Assembly (NCBI GenBank): GCA_963668025.2
Contig: CAXXTH010000017.1
Location: 1,312,001 to 1,376,000 of the forward strand
Origin: Candidatus Hydrogenedentota bacterium
GTDB lineage: Bacteria > Hydrogenedentota > Hydrogenedentia > Hydrogenedentales > SLHB01
DNA length: 64,000 nucleotides
Reading direction: 5' to 3'
The translations under genes and the position numbers were made by a program. Under the pieces are notes generated by a model. That model was not told where the DNA came from. It saw nothing but the letters and a program-made list of their open reading frames with translations, and ran no database searches. The first letter of the stretch is position 1. Each line of letters opens with the position of its first letter. Shown piece after piece: positions 27,114 to 37,329 of the stretch.

Positions 27114-27860
27114 CTAGTCCATGACGAATCCGCCGTTAACATCCAGGATCTCCCCCGTAATGTAGCGGGCTTTACCGGAAGCCAGGAATGCCACCGCATC
27201 GGCCACATCCTGCGGCTGGCCATATTCTTTCCACGGTATGGCGGCGGCCAAATCCGTGTTCAACTCTTCACCCCAAGCCTTTGTCAGATCCGTCACGGTA
27301 GGGCCAGGCGAGACGGCGTTGACATTGATCTTGTATTGGGCGGCGTAGCGGGCCAATGATTTCGTCAGGCAGATCACCCCTGCCTTCGATGCCGCGTAAT
27401 GCACGCCCGCCATTGTGCCGCCCGTTTTGCCCGCAGTGGACGCGATGTTGATGATCTTTCCGCTGCCTTGCTTTTGCATAATGCGCAATGCCTCGCGGCA
27501 CATGAGAAACGTACCGCGCAGGTTGACGGCCATGATGCCATCCCATTCCGCCGCGCTCGTTTCTAGAAGAGGAGTCGCCTTGAATACGCCCGCGTTGTTG
27601 GCTACGATATCAATCTTTCCAAATCTCTCCATCGTGGCGGCAAAAAGCTGTTTGATGGAATCTTCAGAGGACACATCCGTCCGCACCGGCAGCGCCGCGC
27701 CAGGCGGCATTTCGTTTGCCGCCTTTTCCGCGTCCGCCATGTTGATATCGGCGATGACGATGTTCGCTCCTCCTTGAGAAAGGGTTAAGGCTATTGCGCG
27801 GCCAATGCCGCATGCGCCGCCGGTGACAATGGCTACGCGCCCATTAAAATCATATTGCAT
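27114..27860 (-). CDS. short-chain dehydrogenase/reductase
   Basis: TGGACGIG, NNAG, YAASK, VNAVSPG, VNGG. Confidence 0.95.
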   Translation of the reverse strand: MQYDFNGRVAIVTGGACGIGRAIALTLSQGGANIVIADINMADAEKAANEMPPGAALPVRTDVSSEDSIKQLFAATMERFGKIDIVANNAGVFKATPLLETSAAEWDGIMAVNLRGTFLMCREALRIMQKQGSGKIINIASTAGKTGGTMAGVHYAASKAGVICLTKSLARYAAQYKINVNAVSPGPTVTDLTKAWGEELNTDLAAAIPWKEYGQPQDVADAVAFLASGKARYITGEILDVNGGFVMD

Positions 27861-27930
27861 GGCAGGATTCCTTATTCTCCCGAAGCCGTTGCTTCATACA
27901 AGCATTTACAGCTTACGGAATAGTTTTCTA

Positions 27931-29415
27931 TCAATCATTTTCTTTCCAGAACCGTTCCGTGATGATTTTGTCTTCCGTGAAGAAATTGACGATAGCCTTT
28001 CCCTGCGCCTTGATATCCGCCCATTGGGACGATTTCATGCCGCCAAAGGGCAGATACGCAACCGGTGCGGGAATGCCTACATTGACGCCAATCATCCCTA
28101 CTCTTGTTTCGAGTTTGAACTTCCGCGCCCAATATCCGTTCTGGGTGTAGATGGATGCGCCATTGCCATATTGGTGGTCGTTGATGATTTTGATGGCTTC
28201 GTCAAGCGTGTCCGCCTTGAGTATTACGACCACCGGACCAAATATCTCGGTGCTGTGAATTTTCATGCCCGGTTTCACATCCGTAAAAACCGTCGGTCCG
28301 ACGAAATGCCCATTTTCACACCCAGGAACCTCCAGTCCCCGCCCGTCCAAGGCTAGCACCGCGCCTTCCTCAACGCCCGTGGCGATCATGTCCTGAATGA
28401 ACTGTTTCGCCTTATCGGAAATCACGGGCCCCATCACCACCTGCTCGTTCGCGACAGCAGGATCGAGAGGATTCGCGACGATCACATGCCTGGACGCTTC
28501 AATGATCTCGGAGCATATTGTCTCGTATGTGGCATCGCCCACGCAGACTATCGCGGACGCCGCCATGCAGCGCTGGCCCGCGCATCCGTAGCACGAAGAC
28601 ACCATATTACGGATGACCTCGTTGACACGGGCGTCCGGCATGACGACGAGATGATTTTTCGCTCCACCCATCGCCTGGAAACGTTTGTTATGCGAGGCGC
28701 ATCTTTCCGCGATTTGCTTGCAGACTGGCGTGGAGCCTACAAACGACACGCCTTGCACGAATGGATGGTCCATGATGGCGTTCGCCACTTCCTTGTCTCC
28801 ATTCACCAAATTGAAAACGCCAGGAGGAAGCCCGATCTGGTCAATGAATTCCGTGATGAGCTGCATTGTACAGGGCACTTGTTTGCTCACTTTAACGACA
28901 TAGGTGTTGCCGGTAGCGATGGCGTATGGGAGAAACCAAAACGGGACCATGGCAGGGAAATTGAACGGGGCTATCATTCCGAATACCCCCATGGGAAGCC
29001 GGAGCACTTCACCGTCAATGTCAAAGGACGACCCGATGAGCTTTTCGCCTTGCTGAAGCACGGGCATACCGCAGGCCACTTCAATGTTCTCGAATACCCG
29101 CTTCAATTCGGCGATGGCGTCCGGTATCGATTTCCCCATCTCGGCGACCAGCGTGCGGGCGATGACGATTTCATTCTTTCTCAGCACCGCCAAAAGCTCA
29201 AACAAGTAATGCACCCGCCGGGCTACGGGCACATCCTTCCATGTCTGAAAAGCGTTATGCGCCGCTTCAATGGCGAGATTCGTTTCCTCGGCCGTGGAAA
29301 GCGGAAGCCTGGCGATAATCTCGCCCGTGCTGGGATTCTCGACATCCACGAAGCCGGTGTTCCGAGGCTCCGGCCAGCGCCCATTCACATAATTGCGTAT
29401 TAATCTCAGCGTCAT
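27931..29415 (-). CDS. mmsA: CoA-acylating (methyl)malonate-semialdehyde dehydrogenase
   Basis: PFNFPAMVPFW, FVGST, GGAKNH, GCAGQRCMA (catalytic Cys), EIFGP, NVGIPAP, FGG: the IolA/MmsA pattern. Confidence 0.88.
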   Translation of the reverse strand: MTLRLIRNYVNGRWPEPRNTGFVDVENPSTGEIIARLPLSTAEETNLAIEAAHNAFQTWKDVPVARRVHYLFELLAVLRKNEIVIARTLVAEMGKSIPDAIAELKRVFENIEVACGMPVLQQGEKLIGSSFDIDGEVLRLPMGVFGMIAPFNFPAMVPFWFLPYAIATGNTYVVKVSKQVPCTMQLITEFIDQIGLPPGVFNLVNGDKEVANAIMDHPFVQGVSFVGSTPVCKQIAERCASHNKRFQAMGGAKNHLVVMPDARVNEVIRNMVSSCYGCAGQRCMAASAIVCVGDATYETICSEIIEASRHVIVANPLDPAVANEQVVMGPVISDKAKQFIQDMIATGVEEGAVLALDGRGLEVPGCENGHFVGPTVFTDVKPGMKIHSTEIFGPVVVILKADTLDEAIKIINDHQYGNGASIYTQNGYWARKFKLETRVGMIGVNVGIPAPVAYLPFGGMKSSQWADIKAQGKAIVNFFTEDKIITERFWKEND

Positions 29416-29914
29416 TTATGCCATCTCCTTTTACTGTTTATGGCTAGTACTGCAACACACAGGCGCGCCATAAATATGAACTCCCCCTGCACAATCTGGG
29501 AGGAAAAAACAGGCATGCAACTGGATGCGCGCAAGATACCCCTTGCGCGGCGGTTCATTGCCGCGCGCCAGGCTTGCGTTGAATGAATACAGCTATCCCG
29601 TTAAGCCCTGTGGCATTACTGTGATGTCGTGGAGCTTAGCTATGACGTTATATGGATGAATGAGTGCGGCGGATGTAAATGAACAGGCCCCTCCCGCTCC
29701 ATTCGAGCGCAGTGCGCCCGCAATGAAAACTTGGGCTAATATGTAATTCTATTAAAACAATATACACATACTCTTTGCACAAATAATGCAAGAATAATAT
29801 ATATAGTTAATATATGTAAAAGGGCAACCCTCTCCTTCACGCGCGCCTGGAATGCCTTTTATGCATCAAGCATAGCGTGCGGCTTGCCTTCTCCTCCACG
29901 CGCAGGGAGCTTTC

Positions 29915-30739
29915 TTATATATCGGAAATAGCCTGCCCATCCGTTCCGGATATCGGCGAAGCGATTTTAACGTCGATTCCTAGGAAATCCCGGAAGGTCT
30001 GCAAGTGCTGGGGTTTGATCTGGGAATCCGTAATGAGCCCGCAGCTATCTTTCAGGTTGCCAAACCGGATCAAGGCGCTCTGGCCAATCTTCGAGCTGTC
30101 GGAGAGGGTGTACGAACGCACCGCCTTTTTGCACATCTTCTGGCTGATCCGCGCCGTTTCAACGCTGGCGTTATATATATATCCGTCCAGGTCGATCCCG
30201 TCTGCGCCTTGGAATGCAAAATCCGCGGAGAACAAGTCTAGCATGTCTTCCGTAAAGCCGCCGCTCAAATCCGGGCGTCCCCGCCGCAGAGTGCCGCCAA
30301 GCAGAATGGTCTCGATGGATTCCGCGTATTGAAGGGCCGCGGCGACGGCAAGGCTTGTGGTGATGACGACCAGATTAGGAATATCCCGAATGCAGAATAC
30401 AAACTCCAGCGTGGTGGACCCCGCGTCCACAAACAGGCGGCTGCCCGGCTCGACCAGCCGCGCCGCCAGAGTCGCAATGGCCCGTTTTTGATCACGGCGG
30501 TTCTGGCGGCGCTGGGAGAAATTCAAGTCAAATGAAAGCCGCTCTGTCGCCACCACGGATCCATGCATGCGCTGGACAAATCCAGCCCGTTCCAATTCGG
30601 CCACATCACGCCGAATGGTCATTTCGCTTACAGAGAGATTCTTCGCTAATTCTGCTATGGAGACCGAGTCTCTATTGCTCAGCATAGCCCGAATCTGCCC
30701 CATGCGTTCGTTTGGATTCATTCCTTCTGGCATGTTCAT
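29915..30739 (-). CDS. DeoR/GlpR family transcriptional regulator (close paralogue of 13016..13846)
   Basis: VSEMTIRRDVAELERAGFVQR and ARLVEPGSRLFVDAGSTT are identical to copy A. Confidence 0.95.
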   Translation of the reverse strand: MNMPEGMNPNERMGQIRAMLSNRDSVSIAELAKNLSVSEMTIRRDVAELERAGFVQRMHGSVVATERLSFDLNFSQRRQNRRDQKRAIATLAARLVEPGSRLFVDAGSTTLEFVFCIRDIPNLVVITTSLAVAAALQYAESIETILLGGTLRRGRPDLSGGFTEDMLDLFSADFAFQGADGIDLDGYIYNASVETARISQKMCKKAVRSYTLSDSSKIGQSALIRFGNLKDSCGLITDSQIKPQHLQTFRDFLGIDVKIASPISGTDGQAISDI

Positions 30740-30770
30740 TCCTTCTTTATTTTAAGTCCTAACGATTAAA

Positions 30771-30800
30771 AAGTTACCACATAATCACACATTTTGTCAA
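30771..30800 (-). promoter_or_regulatory. promoter/operator of the second deoR
   Basis: Minus strand TTGACAAAATGTGTGATTATGTGGTAACTT; 28/30 identical to 36905-36934. Confidence 0.7.
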
Positions 30801-31606
30801 GCGCAAAATACGCCAGCGCGCGGTATATTTTGCGATTTGCTCCTGCAAAAACGTATTGGGCGCGAAGCAGCCTCATCCGTCTGGATGCTCCTCTTTTCGT
30901 TGCTGTTACGGCAGCCAGCCGCCGCGTTTCCATATATAGGGCCCCGCCCTCTATTTCCGTACAATTCCGGGATGTGCGGCATGCCATGCGCCGGCCGGGG
31001 TCTTTTGTTCTATGTGATTTGTTCTCACCGGTTTGCTTGGAACAATGCATTCATTGCAACATGCCTGATTGCAATTGGAATACATGGCGAGGCCGCCATC
31101 CCTGCAATCGGCGGGAGGCAATATTTCTAGATTTATGGATTGTTTCCATGGGAAATATCTATTTGCACATGTGCATGTTAATAGAATCCTCGAGCCGCAG
31201 CCTTTGCGGTGATTCGATTGGTATAGAGTATTCTAGGTTTGATAACAATACATATTCAAATTCTGATGAAGCAGTGTAATTGCGTTGGGGCATTCTCACA
31301 TATTTTTGTACGCATTATTTCAATGTGCTCCGATTCGCCGGTCCGAGCAGGGGTGGTCTGCTTAATGGAAAGCGCCAAACAGGAGGTGAGTGTAGCATGC
31401 CGCCATTTAGATGGCAGTTTCATAGGAAACCCCATGCAAAATAAAAGGAATATAATCCGGCTCATAAGGCTGTTAAATTTAGATAAATTGCGGGCAGTAT
31501 AAACAGCTTTATTCCCGGCTTGGGGTTCGGCAGGCTTATTATTCCATTCAAATCGGTAGATGGCGGCCATGAGCCACCATATCGACTTCACGATTCCTTA
31601 ATGAGT

Positions 31607-31640
31607 GCGGCCTTGCGGTGCTTTGTCACCGCAAGGCCGC
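31607..31640 (-). terminator. hairpin 3' of GH5-B
   Basis: 14-bp perfect stem GCGGCCTTGCGGTG/CACCGCAAGGCCGC about 20 bp past the stop; no clear U-tract. Confidence 0.55.
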
Positions 31641-31661
31641 TGAATCGATTAGCCAGCCCTT

Positions 31662-33413
31662 CTAGTCTAGGATGCGAACGAAATCAACGTAAGTGGTTCC
31701 GGAGAGCGTGCCTCCGCCCCATAACCTGCCGACATCCACGCGTATCTGTTTGACCGTGCCGGTCCATTCATCATCATCCCATAGATCGAAAATGTGCAAT
31801 ACATAGTCATTGGAATACGTCGATTGCCCCAGATGGATCGCTTTATCTTCATCCCATGTGGTGTCATCTTCGCGTATCCAATACAGGTCGATGCCGTTGG
31901 CATTGGAATAATTCTTGAGCACCACGGCGACTCTTCTCACATACTTGGTGTCTATTCCCAACGATGTGGGGCTTACCATATAGGCCGAGTTCGGACCCAT
32001 GTTCGCCGTCATCACTCCGCCGGACACCGATACATTAGACATGTTGGCGGTGGTCCAGCCTTCCGTGGTGTTTCCATTGAACTCGTAGTATTTCCATCTC
32101 GCGGCGGGAGCTAATACGCCACACAAGGCATAGCTGCTTTCGGAAGCGCTCCACAGGTACGGATCGCCCGTCGAGTCCCATGTATACAGGCACTGCCCTG
32201 AGAATCCATACGAGCCATATATGGAATCCCTAAGATCGTCGAGGCACGTTGCCGCGGATTGGAGAGTCGGATACATGCTTTTCCAGGCGCCGATCTCGGA
32301 TGCAAAGAATGGTTTTTCATCTTTGTCGATAATGCTCCACTCCATGGAACCCAATGCAGTCGCAAGGCTCCAATTGGTGTCTGGGTAGAGATGAATGTCA
32401 ATGTACGAGATGGCATCAGAGCCGGGTTGGGAGAACCAGTAAATGCGGGCGGGCCAGCGGGGATCAGCGGCGTTTCGCGGCAGCAGGCCGTTGAAGCCCG
32501 CATGCCCCACCGCGTAATTGGTAAAGACACTCGTACTGCAAACGGCGTCCGGTATGGCGTTTCGGATGGATTCCGCGCATGCGGCGGCGTACTGGCCCAA
32601 TCCTTCATCATGGCATGACTGCCGTTGGGAGTCGATGGCCATGTTATACGTGCCCGTTACCGTGGTGACATTGCCGGATGTAAGGCTGAACGGCTCATAA
32701 TCCGTTCTCGAGCAAATTTCATTCGCCACCTCGAAGGCAAGGATGGTGTTCACCAGCTCGCCTCCATCCGCCGCCGCGATTTCCGTGGCGAATTCCTCCC
32801 AGAACGTGCAGGCGGAATTCCAGCCGCCGGGAGAGTAATAATACGTATTCCATCCGGTTACATTCGCAATCTGGCCGGCATTAAAAATACTTACATAGTA
32901 GGTGTTGATGGGCGCGAAATTGACGGATATGATCACATAAATATTGTAGTAAGTCGCACGTTCCAGAAAATCGATCACATTGTCCATGTAATCGGGATAC
33001 AGCTCGATCTGATTCCGGCTATAGGGCCCAGCCATGCTGTAGTTCGGATCTCGGGTGGTGCCGTCAAGCCATATCCGGACCATATTATAACCGGCGTTCG
33101 ACATCGTAGCCAGAGTGGATTCCGCCAGCGTGGCGTCATATACGCTCACATTGAACTGGCATTGTACGAAGTTGGCGTCAATGCGTTGGAAGACGTTGCC
33201 TTCGGGATAAAAAGTCTTTCCCGCGCAATCTCCCTCCGCGAAGTAAAACTCTCCATATGTCGAGCCGCTCCGGCAGCCGATTTTTGGCAATTCCGCGAAA
33301 GCGGAGGAGCAAGCCAGCGCGGCGGCTATACACATCATTCCCCACGCGCCAGCAGAGAGCATCCTAGAAGATGGCCGTTTTTTATTTTCATGACTTTCGA
33401 AGCCTGTAAACAT
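31662..33413 (-). CDS. GH5-like glycoside hydrolase with CBM-like domain (copy B, no C-terminal anchor)
   Basis: Paralogue of 5907..7730 (FAELPKI.CRSG, FYPEGNVFQR, GRLWGGG); FEVANE and ASEIG catalytic motifs; AGGAGG SD. Confidence 0.8.
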   Translation of the reverse strand: MFTGFESHENKKRPSSRMLSAGAWGMMCIAAALACSSAFAELPKIGCRSGSTYGEFYFAEGDCAGKTFYPEGNVFQRIDANFVQCQFNVSVYDATLAESTLATMSNAGYNMVRIWLDGTTRDPNYSMAGPYSRNQIELYPDYMDNVIDFLERATYYNIYVIISVNFAPINTYYVSIFNAGQIANVTGWNTYYYSPGGWNSACTFWEEFATEIAAADGGELVNTILAFEVANEICSRTDYEPFSLTSGNVTTVTGTYNMAIDSQRQSCHDEGLGQYAAACAESIRNAIPDAVCSTSVFTNYAVGHAGFNGLLPRNAADPRWPARIYWFSQPGSDAISYIDIHLYPDTNWSLATALGSMEWSIIDKDEKPFFASEIGAWKSMYPTLQSAATCLDDLRDSIYGSYGFSGQCLYTWDSTGDPYLWSASESSYALCGVLAPAARWKYYEFNGNTTEGWTTANMSNVSVSGGVMTANMGPNSAYMVSPTSLGIDTKYVRRVAVVLKNYSNANGIDLYWIREDDTTWDEDKAIHLGQSTYSNDYVLHIFDLWDDDEWTGTVKQIRVDVGRLWGGGTLSGTTYVDFVRILD

Positions 33414-33688
33414 GGTGTAACCCTCCTGTAATGTTACTGCGCCAAATAAAAATCCTGACGTGGGCGATGCCTTACCCCAAAAGGCAATCTTCATACAAAA
33501 TGGAGGCATTGTTTGTTATCTTCAAAAGTGTTGCAGGGGAGCATGCATGTTTGACTGGAGCCAGCGGCCCTCCCCGCCCGCCAGCGCCGTGCCCCATGCT
33601 TATGGCCTGGTGCAATCCCTTTATTAGTTCTGTTTTTTGGGCCACCTCGCTTTCTTGTTCTAGGGAGAAATGAACCCAGCTCACTTCG

Positions 33689-35140
33689 TTACGATTCATT
33701 CTCCTGGCGTGTTTCATTTTCGAGAGGAGAGGTTAAAACAAATTCCTCTCGATAAAGGGCGTGTTGCATGGGATTTGGGTGGAATCGCTGTTGAATGCGG
33801 TGAAATAGGGTGGAAGCTTCTTCCATGCTGGAAATGCATCCGGCCGCGACTGCGGCAATCATGGCGGCGCCTTGGCATGCAGGCTCCTCGCAGTCTACTT
33901 TCAAGACATCCATTCCAAGCAAGTCGGCCTTGAGTTGCAGCCATGTCTCACTCCGCGCTCCGCCGCCCGTGGCAAGGATTTGCGCGGGCATGGGGCCGGG
34001 ATGCAGCTTCTTAATCAGATGGGATAGGGCTAAGGCATTGCCCTCGATAATAGCGCGGACGAAATGCCCATGCTGGTGGGAAGGGGCCATGTTTTTAAAA
34101 TTTGTATCGAGTGTAGTTCCTTTTAGGTCAGGCTCCGCCCGCAAACCCAGGCTTCCTGGAGGCACATCCTCCGCAAGACGGATAAGCTCCGGGATGGATA
34201 GTTCAGGAGCACAGTTTTTTTGATACCAGTCCAGATTGGAGGTCCCAGTATCATTGAAAGCGAGCCGGTAATATTCCCCTTGCACAATCGCAGGCCCCAC
34301 GCAACTGGCGGGCTGCGGCTGGAATTGCTTGGACAAGGCAATACAGGCGAGCACCGTTCCCGTGGATTCACAGACTCCCGCCAAGGAGCCTATGCCCGCG
34401 CCGAGAGCGGCCATATAATGGTCTAGCGCTCCTGAGGCCAGCAAGGTTCCGGGCGTCAAGCCGATGCGCCGCGCCCCTGTTTCCGATAGGGGGCCCACAA
34501 GCGAACCAGTGCGGAGCGGCTTCGATAAGGCGTCGATGGATATGCCGAGCCGTTCTAATGGCTGGGGCCACCAACACTCCTTCTGTTGGTCCCACATCCC
34601 TGTCAAGGAGGCGGTGGACATATCCCCAAGCCGTTTTCCCGTCAGGCCAAATACAAGGTAGTCCGAAATGGTCTGAACAAAACGCACCTGGCTCCAGATG
34701 TGTGGTTCCCGCTGGCGGAGCCACTCGAGTTTGTAATAACACGATTCACAGCCGTCAAGCCCAAGCCCTGCAATCGCCAGAAGCTCTTCCTGGCTCCTCA
34801 GGCATGCGCCGTGTTCCACTATGGATTGCGCCCGGCGGTCTGGCCAAAGAATCAGCGGAGTAAGGCATTCGCCTGCGGCATCTAGAAGGACAAAGCTATT
34901 GGCTTGCGAGGAATACGCCAGCGCCGATATATCTTCAGGCGCTACGCCAGCGTGCTGGAGGGCCTCTTGGACGATTTGGCGCAAGAGCTCCCAAAACGCG
35001 TCTGCTGGCGATTCGCATCTATCCGCGGATTCGTATTTCTCCAATGGCGCGCGGCCAAGCCCGAGCAGTTTTCCCTCTCTGCTGAACACGGCCGCTTTAA
35101 AAAATGTGGTGCCGAGGTCGATACCGACGAAAAGAGACAT
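33689..35140 (-). CDS. FGGY-family carbohydrate kinase
   Basis: GIDLGTT, ILWPDRRA, STGT, ATGGGARS, GAAMIA. Confidence 0.92.
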   Translation of the reverse strand: MSLFVGIDLGTTFFKAAVFSREGKLLGLGRAPLEKYESADRCESPADAFWELLRQIVQEALQHAGVAPEDISALAYSSQANSFVLLDAAGECLTPLILWPDRRAQSIVEHGACLRSQEELLAIAGLGLDGCESCYYKLEWLRQREPHIWSQVRFVQTISDYLVFGLTGKRLGDMSTASLTGMWDQQKECWWPQPLERLGISIDALSKPLRTGSLVGPLSETGARRIGLTPGTLLASGALDHYMAALGAGIGSLAGVCESTGTVLACIALSKQFQPQPASCVGPAIVQGEYYRLAFNDTGTSNLDWYQKNCAPELSIPELIRLAEDVPPGSLGLRAEPDLKGTTLDTNFKNMAPSHQHGHFVRAIIEGNALALSHLIKKLHPGPMPAQILATGGGARSETWLQLKADLLGMDVLKVDCEEPACQGAAMIAAVAAGCISSMEEASTLFHRIQQRFHPNPMQHALYREEFVLTSPLENETRQENES

Positions 35141-35193
35141 GCCTGCAAACCTCCGCCCGCATGGGCGCCTAAGCCTTAGGTGCGATGCTTTCC

Positions 35194-36552
35194 CTATACT
35201 CGGGACATTGTGGGCGCCACTGGCGCGCTGGCGTTCCGAAGGCGGTTTAGCAGCCGGGCGGTTGCCTCGACTATGCGCTCTCCGCTTTTATAATCATACA
35301 GGGCGTTGCCTGCTTCGTAGCTTTTCCGGCGCACGGCGTCTTCAGTAACGATGTACCCTTGAAGCTCTCCATTTGCTAGAGAGATGACAAAGGTGTCTTT
35401 GTACATTTTTCTGGTTTGAAGGGAATATTCGACGAATATCTCGCCAGGCCATGCGACGAAAGCCCAGGGGCCCAGTTTCCACGCCAATATTTCACAGGGC
35501 ATGCTTGCCAAGTAGGCGCTTTGGAGGCGTCCATCAAGTGCGGCTTGAGCTAATGTCAAGGCTTCTTCGGCTCCAAACCAGTCACACTCGGCTGTGCGCA
35601 CCACCTTGGCGGGCGCCTTTGTTTGGCGCAGGTGCTGCAATTGCACGATAGTTTGTTGCAGCCGCTCTTCCGCTTCGGCCACGCTCGGCAGCACCCGGGG
35701 AATGAGCTCCAGCTTGGTTTGTTCAACGGCGATGTCTATATGCTGCAGGTACTTTATCGATGGAATGACTTTTTTGATCGTTTTCCCGACCTCAAGCCCG
35801 AGCCTTCGCGCGGCCACAAAGTCGTTGGTGCTCAGGATATACCGGGGGCTTTGATTGCCAGCAGGCCCGGTGTGGTACACCACCGGGCATTCACTGCCCA
35901 AGACCGTATCTTGCAGATATTGGCGTGTAAAGCCGGGAAAATCGCTGCTGACTAGAGTCGAGTCTTCGTGTAAAACCGTTGGATGTACGGAATACACAAC
36001 CATACAGGCTATGTATGCATGGCTGTTTGCGCTGCGGACGGCCAGCACGGGAATCTCGGGATCGCTAGGCCCATTGGGATCATGCCGGTTTGTTTGGCTG
36101 TTTGGCGCTCTGGTTACCGCGAGGCCTATTTCCGCAGGCTGGGCGGCGGCCCTCGCTTTAATGGCGGACTCGAATATTTGCTCCTCTACAAAACGGACAT
36201 ATTCCTCATCCGCCAAAGGCACAATGGGATCATTTGAACAAGCAAGTACGTTGGCGGTCACCGGGGCCGAATGCGTATGCGTGGCGGTCAGCATGATGTG
36301 CGAGTGCGGTATTCCCGTATCCTCGGCGATCCGCGCGCGGATTCTTCCGCAGGAATCTTTGGAAAGGTACAGCGTATCATTCGCTACTATGATTACTTCT
36401 TCGCTGCCGTTACATAAATACAAAGAACTGGATAACAAAGGGTCGTGAATCCCGGTGCTTTGCCTTGGGACATGCGGGTATCCGAAAAGGAATTGAGAGT
36501 TATTAGGTGAAATATCCGTAACCGCCGCGCCTGCCATGAGTGTTGTCGCCAT
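35194..36552 (-). CDS. neutral/alkaline ceramidase-family amidohydrolase (copy B)
   Basis: Paralogue of 11227..12612: SQFL.GYPH, ATHTHS, HTGPAGNQSPRY, RTAECDWFG. Confidence 0.8.
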   Translation of the reverse strand: MATTLMAGAAVTDISPNNSQFLFGYPHVPRQSTGIHDPLLSSSLYLCNGSEEVIIVANDTLYLSKDSCGRIRARIAEDTGIPHSHIMLTATHTHSAPVTANVLACSNDPIVPLADEEYVRFVEEQIFESAIKARAAAQPAEIGLAVTRAPNSQTNRHDPNGPSDPEIPVLAVRSANSHAYIACMVVYSVHPTVLHEDSTLVSSDFPGFTRQYLQDTVLGSECPVVYHTGPAGNQSPRYILSTNDFVAARRLGLEVGKTIKKVIPSIKYLQHIDIAVEQTKLELIPRVLPSVAEAEERLQQTIVQLQHLRQTKAPAKVVRTAECDWFGAEEALTLAQAALDGRLQSAYLASMPCEILAWKLGPWAFVAWPGEIFVEYSLQTRKMYKDTFVISLANGELQGYIVTEDAVRRKSYEAGNALYDYKSGERIVEATARLLNRLRNASAPVAPTMSRV

Positions 36553-36676
36553 GCTAACTATCTCCTCGAATTCTTATGTTGAAAGGCCGCAAGGCCCAAA
36601 AGATCTCTTCTACTTGTGCCTATCTGTTTACGGGCAGGCATGTTCCATCACTGGTGTGTATCGAGCCCGTACATGA

Positions 36677-36705
36677 ATTATACCTGTGATTATCTGTTAA
36701 TTCAA
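36677..36705 (-). promoter_or_regulatory. promoter of the leftward operon of cassette B, overlapped by an operator-like motif
   Basis: Minus-strand TTGAAT-17-TATAAT; the spacer carries TGTGATTATCTG (plus strand). Confidence 0.65.
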
Positions 36706-36904
36706 GCAAATTTACATAAAATAAAAAATATATTCTACACCAATATTCTTGCCAGGAAGGCGGAAAGCATGCTATGGTTTGCTCGGGTTTATTGGCTTGG
36801 CCGTACAATATCAACCCATGAGGGATGCGTAAAATTCCTTTGTATTGGCGAAATACCCCGTATTTTCAGGGTGTTATGAAGCAGGCTAGGCAATTTTAGG
36901 GGTC

Positions 36905-36934
36905 TTGACAAAGTGTGTGATTATGTGATAACTT
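36905..36934 (+). promoter_or_regulatory. promoter/operator of the rightward operon of cassette B
   Basis: TTGACAAAGTGTGTGATTATGTGATAACTT; 28/30 identical to the deoR promoter at 30771-30800. Confidence 0.7.
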
Positions 36935-36982
36935 GAGCCTAGTTAGGACTCAAAGTCAATATGGCTTGAACATAGTTGGCGC

Positions 36983-37120
36983 ATGAACCTAAATGAGCAG
37001 GTGGAGTGGATTCGAGCTATGAATGGCAGTGAAGGCTTCATCTCGATGACGGAATGGGCGGCAAGCCTCTCCGCAAGCAGAAAGATGCCTCCATACAACG
37101 CGGCCAGGTTCGTCGAAGCC
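36983..37120 (+). pseudogene. decayed 5' remnant of a DeoR gene
   Basis: MNLNEQVEWIRAM...ISMTEWAASLSAS aligns without gaps to DeoR MNPNERMGQIRAM...VSIAELAKNLSVS. The upstream leader (GTTAGGACT.AAA, TGAACAT) is also conserved. The recognition helix is degenerate and the sensor domain is absent. Confidence 0.7.
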
Positions 37121-37329
37121 GTTTTCGCCCCATATATGTTTAAGCCAATTTCCGCCGCGATAGCGGCCATGCCTCATGTTCATTTTCCCCAGTGCTTGCA
37201 TTCGAAACCGGGCAATATTGGAATTACTCTTCCTATTTCGCCGCCATTCTCGAAATCAACATCAAAGCGCAACCGAGGCTCATTCATCCGAGGATAGTGA
37301 TCCTTAATACGGAAAGGAGAACAACGCTC

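Noticed and set aside
29525-29570. Overlapping alternative hairpins in the mmsA leader as an attenuator
   Set aside because: Short GC stems are expected by chance; no U-tract or leader peptide supports it.
30766-31753. Short ORFs in the deoR-GH5 gap as real genes
   Set aside because: Overlapping on both strands, atypical composition, no convincing SD or motifs.
36983-37297. 104-aa ORF as a functional novel protein
   Set aside because: Better explained as a decayed deoR 5' end running into non-coding sequence, and it overlaps the upstream extension of the isomerase ORF.
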